Source of the DNA: Felis catus | Taxonomy: Eukaryota | Direction: 5' to 3' | Length of the DNA: 64,000 nucleotides | NCBI RefSeq assembly: GCF_018350175.1 | Contig: NC_058368.1 | Coordinates: 151,158,001 to 151,222,000 of the forward strand | Part shown: positions 1 to 11,704 of the stretch, in pieces | Numbering within the stretch: the first letter of the stretch is position 1 | Layout of the letters: each line of letters begins with the position of its first letter | Made by a program: the position numbers and the translations under genes | Notes under the pieces: generated by a model | Database searches by the model: none | The model's input: the letters and a program-made list of their open reading frames with translations, nothing else | Told to the model about the DNA's origin: nothing

Positions 1-91
1 AAATAGTGGAAAGTAGCAGAATGTAAGGAATAATGCTTGTTTCTTTTGAGAGTCATTTGGTGAAATCAATAAATCTCTTTTATTCACTTTA

Positions 92-305
92 TTATTTTTT
101 TTAAATTTTTTAAATCTTTATTTATTTTTGAGAGATAGAGAGTGAGCAGGGGAGGAGCAGAGAGAGAGGGAGACGCAGAATCTGAAGCAGGCTCCAGGCT
201 CTGAGCTGTCAGCACCGAGCCCGATGTGGCTCGAACTCCTGAACCGTGAGATCATGACCTGAGCTGAAGCCGGACACTCAACCGACTGAGCCACCCAGGC
301 GCCCC
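92..305 (-). mobile_element. Carnivore tRNA-derived SINE (SINEC_Fc-like)
   Basis: GGGGCGCCTGGGTGGCTCAGTCGG head on the minus strand, (CT)n region, A-rich tail; 16-bp TSD tcttttattcacttta at 76-91 and 306-321. Confidence 0.95.
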
Positions 306-458
306 TCTTTTATTCACTTTAAAAAAGATTAGATTTCGTTTAAAAACATCCTTATGTAGAAACTGTTCACAGGTTGCATCTACACTGAACATATTTCTCC
401 GAGTTCTTTTTTTCTGAGCTTATTTAAAATAATGTATAAGTTATATAAAGAAACTGAC

Positions 459-671
459 TGGGTGGCTCAGATGGTTAAGCATCGGACTCTTGATTTCAGC
501 TCAGCTCATGATCTCACAGTTTGTGGGAGAGAGACCCTTGTCCGGCTGTGTGCTGACAGCCTGGTGCCTGCTTGGGATTCTCTCTAGCTCTCTCTCTGAC
601 CCTCCCCTGCTCACACTCTCTCTTTCTCTCTCTCTCAAAATAGGCAAATAAACATTAAAAACATATAAAAA
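459..671 (+). mobile_element. Carnivore SINE, slightly 5'-truncated
   Basis: tgggtggctcagatggttaagc head, CT-rich body, A tail; TSD aaagaaactgac at 447-458 and 672-683. Confidence 0.92.
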
Positions 672-1789
672 AAAGAAACTGACATAGGGACCTAAGAAAA
701 GAGAAAAAGTTAGAAAATTTAACAACTATGATCTCTGAATTCCTTTTAGTCATAAGGGGATTCTCTTGTTCTATTAAGAGGAGAATGTTGCTAATTGTCT
801 TTAATTTGTGCTCCAGTTATTGCACTGATAATTACATGAAATTTTGTTTGCTGGCAAAAACTATTAGTGTGCCAGACCTGATGGAAGAGAACTTAAGACT
901 TTTAAAAATCTTCTTCCCTTAGCTTACTACATTAGGTCCTGACTGTGTTATTTGGCAAATATTTTTCCCTTACAGTTATTCAAATATTTAAATGTCTTTT
1001 TATAACAAGTCACACAAATACATTTGGATTTACCTCTCCTATCATTTCAAAGTGGGGAAACTGAAAATTTAAAATACAAACATACAAGTATAAACAGGTT
1101 TAGGTTAAACAAGCTTATTTTTTGTATATCTTTCTTCTTGATACAACAGATATAACAGATTTCTAAGTATATTCTGCTTTTGTAAAAAGAGTGAGACAAG
1201 GGTAAAACTCACTTTAAAAATCTGTTGTTTTTTTTTTTCAGGAGCATATTTACTGGTACCATATGAAGTAGGGTAAGATTATTGCCTGATTACTGAAGGT
1301 ACTTAGGGGGTAAAAATACGAAATGCAGAAGGAGACACTGAAATTGTAGTGTTAGAATAAAGTGGATGCTGGAAGTGATAAAAATGGTGACAAGTAGTTC
1401 AAAATAACTTGGTCAGTAACATATATTTGAAAATAAGTGCTGCAAGCATAGAACTTAGAAAACTACTCCTTCTCATCCTTGTCACAAGCCCTGCCCTGCA
1501 AATGTCTGTGATTTTCCTTCCAGCCCACAAGCCATCCTCTGCTATCAGCCACTCCTGCTCTGAAAGGATTCTCTCACCCCTTGTGAGATTCCAAAGGCTC
1601 CTTTTGTGCTCCTGCTCTGCTCTATTCCACTTTTCCTTCCAGCTCCCTTATAGCCTTTAAAAGGTAGAACCTTCTTGAAATGAGGTTCAGGTACCACTCT
1701 TTAGTGTTCTACACAGCTCAGGAGTTGTTTTAATGGCGGTCACATTAACTTACAAAAGCTAATGGTTTAAAAAGCATGAGTCTTAATAG

Positions 1790-2015
1790 GAACAGCTAAT
1801 ACGTGCATTCATTGGGCGCTTATTATATGTTAGATGCTTTAAATTTATGCCCTAATTTAATTATCTCAATGACTTGAGGTGGGTACTATTTTTTAAGCCT
1901 CCGTCTATTGATGAGGAAACTGATAAGGCTCAGAGGGGCTAGTATGTGGCAGAATTGGGATCACAGCTAGGTTCGTGTGTCTAAAACCCATGCTTTTCAC
2001 CATTATGTTACACTG
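1790..2015 (-). mobile_element. MIR fragment
   Basis: Core gatgaggaaactga..ggctcagag is the reverse complement of the MIR core; boundaries approximate. Confidence 0.7.
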
Positions 2016-2084
2016 GATGCAGTATGATGTAATTGGGAAAAGCAAAGACATAAAACCATGCTCTTAGCCATTATATTATACAGG

Positions 2085-2945
2085 ATGTAGCCTGGCATGG
2101 TTGAGAAAAGCATGCGTTGTTTTGTTTTTTTAATCTGAAAGGTGTGGGCTCCAAATTTTGGCCACCACTTAGTATTAACTCTCTGACTTGAAAGCTTTGC
2201 ATGATCTGGGCCCTGTCTAGCATCTAATCTTTTCTCTCATCTCTCCAAAGTCATACATACCAGACTCAAGTTCCACAAGCTTTCCCTTGGCTCCTTAGCA
2301 AGCTCTTTCCGTTCTTAAGGAGCTTTGCAAATATTGTTCCATCTGGAATGTTGTCACCTGCCTAACTCTGACTCATGTTTTAGTTCTCATCTTTTAGCAT
2401 TTCCTCAGAGAGGCCTTTCATCCAATCCCCAATCTAAATAAAGCACCTCTTGTTATACTTTGATAGCGCTTTGATAATTTCATTCACACCACATATTTAT
2501 AACATTTTTATTATATATTTGCAAATCTCATGTCTGCTTCATCCTACTAAGCCAGGGATCCACAAACTCTGGCCCACAGGCCATATACAGCCCATCTCAT
2601 TTTTGTCAATAAAGTTTTATTCATAGACACATTCATTCATTTACCCATTTGTCCAAGGTTGCTTTCACAACTAGGGCAGAGCTGAGTAGTTGAGATGAAG
2701 ACTGTATGGCTCACAAGGCCAAAAATATTTGCTATCTGGCCCTTTACAGAAAAACTTTGCTGACCTCTGTGGCAGATGATAAGCTGTATGAGATTCGTCT
2801 GGTTTACCACTGAATTCTTAATGTTAAGCATATTGCAATCTAATAATATTTGTTGATTTAGTAAATAAGTGAATTATTCCCCTGTAAGTGGGGTTAATAA
2901 GAATTAAATGAAATAACACATACGTAATTCTTGGTACATGTTGCT
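2085..2945 (+). mobile_element. MIR interrupted by an L2 3' fragment (~2195-2875)
   Basis: MIR 5' part (gtgggctccaaat..ccaccacttagt), then L2-like sequence (gttccatctggaatg, cctcagagaggccttt, aatatttgttgatt), then MIR resumes (ctgtaagtgggg..aattaaatgaaataa). Boundaries approximate. Confidence 0.6.
2553..2769 (+). mobile_element. MER58A-like hAT-Charlie non-autonomous DNA transposon
   Basis: Termini cagggatccacaaact...actttgctgacctctg; diagnostic interior aataaagttttatt and aaaatatttgctatctggccctttacagaaaaa. Confidence 0.85.
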
Positions 2946-4590
2946 ACTTTTATTAAGTTATCTGGAAATTTCTATAAGACAAATTAACAATTCATGATTT
3001 TATTTATTTTTACATACTCGCTTAAGTAATGTATGTAGTTTAAGTAAGAAATTGAGAAATAAGTAGTTTTCATAAACTCAGAAACGCTGGACAAATTTTT
3101 AAAAATAAAATGAGCTGTTCATTTTTTTCCTCCTCTAAACTATTTTATGTATACAACTGGAGTTTCTGAGTGTTAGCAGTTCTCCTTACTTCCATCATGA
3201 AAGGTAGAGTAAGGGCAAAATTAAATTTAAACAGTTAGCTGCTGTTTTACAGCAGTGTTAGTTCTTAATGATATTCAACTTATACATCAGCTTTGTAATA
3301 TTTCATTTCACACTTTTAAGTCTCTACTTCTTATTCTGTAAAAACACACCCTGTTCTCTGTATAGCCAAATAAACACCTGCAATGGCAGAGTGGGCTTTT
3401 ACTACTTTTAAGAAAAGATGACAGTGAGCCATTGTGTGAGGTTCTATTATGGAGTCTGCAGTGGGGTAAGCTTCAAAAAGGGCAAAGCAGTTAACATTTT
3501 TCTTTTCCACATGTGAACACAAAGTTTAAAGGAAGCCCAGGCTGGGGGAGCCTCCGCACATGGGATGATTGGCTCCTGCAGATTTGCTAGTGGTGGTGAT
3601 TATTAGAAGTGACCTACATCTTGTAAGCTTTCATGTCCACTCTCGTAGTAGGTGAGTGGCGCACATAACAAACATTTATAAATAAGATGGATGTCTGAGA
3701 TTGTCAATAGCCACTAAAATAATCACTGAAATATGCATTAAAACGTGGCAGTTTTCACTTCTACCAATTCAAGAGTATGAGTGAAGGACCTGCTATACCT
3801 AAAGGTTGGAGAAGACTACACAGATCTGAAATTCTGTAGAATAAAACCAAGGAATTCATCTTCAGGATTAAAAAAGTCATCTAAATTGAAGTGAATTTAA
3901 ACAATTTTTCTTCTCCCACAATTATCATGACTTCTAACATGGATGAGAGTAACAGTAACTATAGACACAGCATATATAAATTAAGATAAGATGTTCGATT
4001 ATTAGCTCAAAAGTATGTGTTAAAATTCTTCCATCCTGTGTGAGTTTTATGTTCCTTTATAAAGCATAATGAAAGCTCATGAATTCAACCTGCAGAAATT
4101 TTCTCCTTTCTTTGTAGGCAAAAGGAAGATACTATGAATTTCATGAACCTAAAAATTACCTGGTATTATCAATGAAATTAGGTGCTAATTCCTATAATTT
4201 TTGACAGCACTCAAAATAGATTCTAGTACAAATAACTGGATCTAAACAGTCAATGGTACATAGTGTTCAATATTTCAGTCTTAATTTCAATTTTAAGCTG
4301 TAAGCCAACAAAAAAATACTGTGGTTTATACTGACAGAATTATTACTTTTTGGCTTGACCGATAGCAATAAACAATGTGTAGGAAAACAATGAAGAAATC
4401 CATCAAAAATCTTTACTTATCCTTTAAATCAACTTTCAGCCAAAAATAGTTCAAGTCATGTGTATGTACCTTAAATATAATAATTTAAGGGAGTATAAAC
4501 TTGGAAATCTAAAGTTTCTTTATCTCTTAATGACATACTGGCTTTGATGGCATAAATAACAACTTGTATTCATTATCATTTACACATATA

Positions 4591-5172
4591 ACAACTTAAG
4601 TGTCCATCAATGGATGAATGAATAAATAAGTTGTTACACACACATATACACACAATGGAACGTTATTCAGCCATAAAAAAGAGGAAATCCTACTATTTGC
4701 AACACCATGGAGGGATCTTGAGGGCATTATGCTAAGTGAAATAAGTCAGAAAGAGAAAGACAAAGACTGTGTGATCTCATTTATATGTAGAATCTAAAAA
4801 ACAAACAAACTCACCCAAAGAGATCAGACTTGTGATTACCAGAGGTAGAGGGTTGGGGGAAGAAGAAATGGAGGAAGGTGGTCAAAAGGTACAAACTTCC
4901 AGTTACAGGATAAATAAGTACTACGGTTGTAACGTACAACACGATGACTACAGCTACCACTGTTGTGTGATACACAGAAAGGTTGCTAAGAGTAAGTCCT
5001 TTGTTTCCTTATTCTTTTCCTTTTATTATATCTATATGAGATGATGGATGTTAGCTGAACTGATTGTGGTAATCATTTCACAATACATGCAAATCAAACC
5101 AACACACTGGAAGCCTTAAAATTATAGAGTGATGTATGTCAATTACGTCTCAATAAAACTGGAAAAAAAAAA
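4591..5172 (+). mobile_element. Old L1 3' end (L1MA/L1MB-type): ORF2 tail plus 3'UTR
   Basis: tgtccatcaatggatgaatg, gcattatgctaagtgaaataagtcag, ggtacaaacttccagtta, ending caataaaactggaaaaaaaaaa. Confidence 0.88.
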
Positions 5173-6248
5173 CATAGGAAAAAACTTAAACCAGAAATCA
5201 GTTCTAGTCTCACTTGCAGTTCCAAGAAGACAGAAGGGGAGACAGACCAGAGTGTCTTTATTTGAAGGAAATTAGTCTGGTGAGGGCATCTCCAAAGGCT
5301 ATCCTCTTAACTTTCCCCAGAATAAATGAGCAACAGGCAAAACATTCCTCTCTCCCATGGTCAAGGAATGAATGCCAGTTTTGCAAGTTCCATTATCCAT
5401 TTGTAATGGTTGGGATCTGGCAGTACTACAATTTGTTAGTTAACATTAGAATGCATACAAACCACCCAACTATCCTTGTATCACCTAACCAAATGCATTC
5501 TCCCCAAGTGTGAAGGAACATAGTCAAATCACAAATATTCATGATATACAAGTCTTTGTCGAATAGAACATTTAGAGATATAAAATCTTTAGAACAAATT
5601 GATGGTATCATACAGTATTATCATTGGACTCGCAGAAAAAAATGGTAACATCATCTGCCTCTTTGTTTATAAAATTCGTGGTTTAAAGAAAATGGTATGA
5701 ATTAATGAATAGTTTTTGCCTACATGTTTTAAGTTACTAATATTTCGTGAGGGTGTTTGTTGTTGTTGTCAGCACAATGCTAAATATTTTGGAGACAAAG
5801 TCTCTTTTAGTGTGAATACAAATAAAGCCATTTTTATAAGCCTATATCCTAAAACTTTAAGTGCATGGCCACAAAAGTCCTCGTTCCCATGAATATAGGA
5901 ATATCTTTGTTTGATGATGCGTGCAGTGCAGCAATGTTATGCTTATTAACTCTTAATTATTAAGCTATTCATGTTATACAGGGATAGCTCCCGTTCAAAA
6001 TTTATTGTGAAATAAAAAGTGAATAATCATGAACATGTAAGCTATTTGTCTAACAGATAAGGTGATTCTTCCCCCTTGACATATGATAGAATATTAGCAT
6101 TTAAACTGGCCACATTTAATTCACTAAGACTTCTCTTAATGTATGCTCACAAGTTTGGAATGTTTTCAGGGTACCTTTAATATACCTGGGGGAAATGTAA
6201 TAAATAGTCCATGTAAATAATGATACAAGAAAAAGTCTACCCACTCAC

Positions 6249-6302
6249 CTGTCTGTTACGTTCATCCATAATCCTCGTAATCTGAATCTTTTTTCTCCCC
6301 AT
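6249..6302 (-). CDS. MEF2C: MEF2C first coding segment (exon 2): MGRKKIQITRIMDERNRQ, N-terminus of the MEF2-type MADS box; continues in exons beyond the window start
   Basis: The minus strand reads ATG GGG AGA AAA AAG ATT CAG ATT ACG AGG ATT ATG GAT GAA CGT AAC AGA CAG, then a strong donor CAG|GTGAGT (GT at 6248-6247). It is 54 nt, phase 0, with strong Kozak context ACTATGG. The flanking UTR matches my recollection of the MEF2C mRNA, which distinguishes it from MEF2A/B/D. Too short for the ORF track. Confidence 0.97.
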
Positions 6303-6444
6303 AGTCCCCGTTTTTCTTCTCTCTCTCGTCCCTGAAATTATGTATTTTTTCCTTCCTTTTCTTTCTCTTTCCTGTTTCCTCCAAACAAATCTCCTTCTTC
6401 AGCACTTGCACTGCTCAGTTCCCAAATTCCTGCATTCGTTCCTG
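6303..6444 (-). other. MEF2C: MEF2C exon 2 5'UTR portion (142 nt with the proximal acceptor, 139 nt with the distal acceptor)
   Basis: Polypyrimidine tract and tandem acceptor ttttcttttttgtcCAG|CAG|GAACGAATG at 6447-6442; candidate branch TTTAAT at 6467-6462; purine-rich UTR matching remembered human MEF2C mRNA. Confidence 0.92.
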
Positions 6445-8199
6445 CTGGACAAAAAAGAAAAATTAAATGCCACTTTAACTGAAAGCCAGTTTCATAAGAA
6501 CTATCGTATTCTAATTTTTTAAAAAAGAAAACTATATGGAAGTAAGCCAATCAAATGAATGAAAATATGTACTCAAAGCACATGGTATATCCCATGCAGG
6601 AGCATATCAAATAGGAACAGTTTGTTTTTACAGTTAAAATAATCTCAGAAGTAATATAACAAGTCATTTAAATGACAAAAACTGTACTTTAAAGCCCAAC
6701 ACTTGAAATGTATCTTTTGCAACGAGTTTCTTAATATTTTTTAATGAAATTAGGTGACTATTTTCACCCTTCTATTATGAAAAATTACCTGAATCAGAGA
6801 GTTAATGAACCTCTATGTACCTGTGTATGCTAAGTAGGGCAGCTAATTCATTTCTGAAGGGAAAACAATCTCGTGTTTTGACAGCAGAGGTGATAACGTC
6901 CCTCGTTATGCAAATAGGATGGACTATTATGAAAGTGCTATTTGATATATGTAAATGTCAACTAATTTAAATCTAAATCCTTTAATCTTATTTTTAAAAA
7001 GTCACTGCTATGAGAACACTGTAAAAATAATATGGGATATTTAATCTTACATAATAAGCAGCTATCAGCACTGAGATCTCCTTTTCCTCTTGAACGCCCT
7101 TAAGCTATATATTGAACACAAGAATCAAAAAAGATAATCATTCACAGAAAAGAAATGGTGGGAAAAAATTAGAGTATTACTCCATTTATAATGATACTTT
7201 TTTTTATAACTACACTTTTTATAATAAGCCATCAGTTCTCAAAATTTAAATATGTTAAAAAGACATATCATATGTCTTGGGGAGTAAGATACAAAATTAC
7301 AGAAGCCTGATACTCTATATATACTAGATATCTTTAGGTCATGAATTAAAATTAAAGAAAGGATCATCCATAATATAAAACAAACCCAGAGAACCCGAGT
7401 ATTAAAAGTATGTATTTTACTTTGTTTTAAATTGTATCTGAAAATATTTGAAAGTAATGAAAATAAATTGCCGTGAAATGTGGAAGTTAACCAGAAAGCA
7501 TTCCACAATGGATTCTTCATTTGCAAGCAACAGCTCCAATTATCCTATCCAGTCTTAAGTCAGAGAATGCAACTACTTTACACATGGCTCAGAATTTCCC
7601 TGTTTTAGTTGGTGTCTGACAAGGGACCTGAAAAATTCCCACATGTATTATGTAATGCTAAGCCAATGTCCTGGCTATTTAATAGATTATTTGGCTCCAA
7701 TTCAAAGTTATCGGAACAGGAAAGCTGTTATACACTTGGTCTGATCATCAGCTGTCTTTTGATTTCTTTAATTTAATTTCTAAATTCTTTATCACCTTGA
7801 GTAAATTTCTTTAAATTAAAATTTTCTGTGGTTATCTAATTGCAGAAGCTATTATGATATAATTAGTTCTGGTGGATTAAGCGCTGCTTAAATACTAAGA
7901 CCATCCATTCTCCTTTGCCCAATGCCTTTCTACGAAACTGCGGCTCAGTTGTGCCTCTGAGAATACTATATATGTTGAGTAACATCATGACCACACAGTG
8001 CTCATCAAAAACTCCAGTGGTAATTTTAAATGTTGGAAGTAGTTCAAAAGTTTTAAAGAGTTATATAAACAACACACATTTGACAAATACACATTAAAAA
8101 ATTAGCTATAATAACACATTAAAATCACATTACAATAGAAAACATTCATGAAGCACAATTGCATTATATATTCGCTGTTGCCAAACACTGTCCATCTAC

Positions 8200-8209
8200 C
8201 TATTTTTAG
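8200..8209 (-). promoter_or_regulatory. Perfect MEF2 consensus site CTAAAAATAG
   Basis: The plus strand reads ctatttttag, in repeat-free DNA 1.75 kb upstream of exon 2. Confidence 0.5.
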
Positions 8210-9699
8210 AAACAGTCTTAAATATCACTCAACTGGGCAACTTTCCTGTGTTTCCCATAGTCTTACCTTAGAAGCCAGCGGCACGTTAGATTGATATTTC
8301 CCTTGCATGTGCAAGACCCCAAAGAGACAAACAGGCTTCCTCTATCACAGAAAAGCCAACCCATGAATCCACAGCAAATGCATATGGGACAATTTCCTTT
8401 CTTTTCGTTTAGCTGAGGCCGGTGGCACTATCGGCTTACAGGACTATGCCTGCCTAAGCGCTTATTCACTTTAAGGTGGAAGGTCAGGGTGAACAGATTA
8501 GAGTGTGGTGACAAGGCGGGGAAGACGAGAACTTCTACAGATCCTGGTTTCAAAATACAAATAACCAAACAAGCAGAGAAACATCCCAGGAGAAAAGTCT
8601 CTTCAGAAAGGCAGAGGGAGCGCTCCTCCAGAGCCAAACTTAGAAGAGTTCCCACATATCACCACCCCATATTTCACAACTTTGAAACGAGAGACACTTT
8701 TGAAAAAGAGCAGGGCAGGGATTTTAATTAGTGAAAAAGGATGGGAAATATTTTGCCTGAGAAAATTTATATGCATATATCAAACATGTATATAAAATGG
8801 TCAGAACACCACTGGATATGTTTTCCCTTTTGAAATACGCAAGGTAAAGACAAACAAGCTTAAATTTCAGTAAAAATTAAGATATTTTCCTGCTTTCCAT
8901 AAAAATGAGTATTTCTTGAAGTCTTGCCTGCTGAACATTTTTAAAATACGAAATCTGATATTATTATGTACACATGCAGACTACTACGCAGTGATGATGC
9001 GACGTTTTCATGAAGTAAAATATGTCACAAGATGTGGCTTAGAACATTTGATTACGGATCACCACGTTTCAGGGCTGCCAGTAAAAATTCAGAGTTAGGA
9101 AGGTCAACAATAGCTCAGGAGTTGTTTTCTTAGCATAACTATTTTTCTAAGCTGATTTTTATGCAAAAATTATTTTGCAAAGTCGGTTTCGAGTATTAAT
9201 TTGTAGAAGGCCTAGAGAGGCTGAGAAAGAGATTATGTAAGTTTAGTAGCTTTTAAAACTGTTTTTGTATGTATACGACGAAGAGAATCGCTAAACTCCG
9301 TGTAGCAGAATTTCAAGTTATGCTGAGAACTTTCATTACATACAATCAACCATAAGCTTAAAATAATTCCAGCAGCCCTGCTGCTAACTTCTCTCCACAT
9401 GAAAGAAGCATTCTTGGAAAATGACAGAGCCACAGAGAAACAATCAGTAATTAAAAAAAGAAGAAGAAAAAGAAACGCTCTACCACAGTTACACTCTATG
9501 GAGTTACAGTCTTCTGCATTTTTTTTTTCTTTTCGTCAACCTAAATATAAGAAAAATAAAATCAAGCTGCTTACTAAAAAGGGGAACTTCATTATGGCAG
9601 GCTTCTGTTCACTTTGAGTTTGGCATAAGCAGACAGATGAAGGCAGAGTGGTTTTGAGACCCAAGTAGAGAAGAATATCTTGTGGACAGATGCTAAAGA

Positions 9700-10090
9700 T
9701 CCTTCTCCCACCCCAGCTCTCTCATTTACAAACAAGTTCCCTTGAGTGACACACACCGCCTCCCCCCTTCCCAGCCTCACTCTTTTTTGCGCTCTTCCTC
9801 CCTCTCTCCCTCCCTCCCACAAAATCCCTCCCCTTCACACAGAAGAATCTTGACAGAATGGCAGGAAACACGCACAGACTGGTCGGGGAAGGATATGATG
9901 TCAGCAACCACGAACAATAAAAGGTGTAAAGGTGCTTCCTTCCCTAAACTGTTCCAGAAGTGTAAAATGGGAACCAAAACTCTTCACTTCCTTCTCTGAG
10001 CAGAACTGTCTGAGTGTGCCGTGCTGCATGCCACACACAGAGAGGCCTTTGAGAGGTTCAGATAAGGGACAATGACAGAAACGCAGACAT
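9700..10090. promoter_or_regulatory. Intronic ETS-site cluster, probable orthologue of the mouse Mef2c-F7 endothelial enhancer or an internal promoter
   Basis: Minus-strand GCTCAGAGAAGGAAGTGAAGAGT (9979-10001), CAGGAAAC (9862-9869), GGGGAAGG (~9885), GCTTCCTTCC (~9934), SOX-like AACAAT (9913-9918), a C/T-rich tract and retained CpGs. It lies ~3.3-3.6 kb upstream of exon 2. The F7 assignment is from memory. Confidence 0.55.
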
Positions 10091-11704
10091 GGCGACACAA
10101 TTTTGTATTTCTATTTTTAAAGCACCTAAGAAAAATCCATTTCAGGTCTAGTTTCGTCTTTTGTATGATTGCTTTAAGGAATAAGAACAAGAAAACGAAT
10201 TCACTTTGGTCAAGGAGGAGATACATCACAATTACCATTTACTATGTCTCGCAGAAGTCATCTGACACAGCTAACGCAGCCGTATAATCTTAATTTACCC
10301 TTCGAGGCAAATGAAGAATTCTATACAGACAAAGAGCCAATTGGATAAATTATATTTTTGGTAAAAAATAGAATCACAAAAGCTGTCCAAAAAACAAACA
10401 AAAAAAATCAATGTTTGTTAGTAAAACACATTACTTCTTTGCAACCATAGTTTAAAAAAAGATATAGTGAGTGGGGGGAATAGATGACTATGTTATTGCA
10501 GTTCTCAAAGTTGTCCAAAAAATTCAGAGTAAGAACCAAAGAAACTAACATAAACTTTCAGTATATAATGAAACTATTTATTTTAATCTCATCGCTATTA
10601 GGTTCCTTCTAACATGGAAATGGCAGTCTACCATAAGGTTTCTGTAGGAAGAAAACCACATATCAAGTGGATCTGAGTCATCTTCAGATTTCAATCATCT
10701 TCCCACAACACTTTGATTTAGAAATTAAACACAACCTTCAGTTATGTGTTTTGATCGTAGAGTGAGACTGCCATGCCACATTAAAAGATGTGGGAAGAAA
10801 TTAATTCTCTTCTGCTAAACTTATCTTTGCAAAGCATGTATTTTGCTACAATAAGCACAATGCAGTCACTTAAATAAAAACAACCTATGAAAAATGATCA
10901 AACATTAAAATATGTGATGTCAATCTGCAAAGAAAGAATTCTGGTTTTCTTTTACTCATATTAGCAAATAACTTCTTCGCTGTCTTACGTTTTCACTAAT
11001 ACTAGCATCTTCATACAGAGTTTTATAAAAACTAAAGGCTGAAAACCAAGCACAGTATGTCCAACAAAAAGTGATACTGTCATATAAACACAAACCGGAT
11101 GCTTAGTACGAGATGAAAATGATCTTGAGCCCAGTTGCTGCAAGCCTGGTATTAGTAATTCAAATAAGTAAATGATTCATTATTATTTGAAGTGGAAAAC
11201 TTTGCTTATTATGGTACATAGAGATACATTTAACTTTCTCCTTTATGACATATTTGAAAGACATATGAGGCATGTAACTATATTTTGGTTAAAATGAAAA
11301 AGTAGAACTTTTACTTTTTTTTTCTGCTTAAGAGGTATTTTGAACTTCGAAAGACATAACAATTATTGTTATTCTCATTGTTACTCAACTATGTTATATC
11401 CTAAGAGTTGGGGAATACTTCCTTGGTCCTGAAAGTCATTCCATGTCTCTTGAAGTAAATTTATGATGTTGTATTACTCTAGCTATGAATGCTAGCTGAT
11501 TTCATTTTAAAGACACATAGTCAAAACTTACCTTCCTAAGGGTACTTAAAAAACCACTATTATTTACCTCTGGATACATACCATCATGCCAAAAACAAAG
11601 TTATCTTCTCAATTTATTTCAATTAGTGGCAATATGATGGAATTTAGAATTGTCACCAAGTCTCAGTAACATAGTGTCACATACAAATAATAATGTCATC
11701 TGTC

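Noticed and set aside
6330..6356. In-frame UTR codons read GRKKYIISG, resembling the MADS start GRKKIQITR
   Set aside because: Only 15 of 27 nt match in purine-rich sequence; most likely chance, not an ancient duplication.
6338..6550. 70-aa minus-strand and 60-aa plus-strand ORFs over exon 2
   Set aside because: They cross the intron/UTR boundary and are out of frame with, or antisense to, the real CDS.
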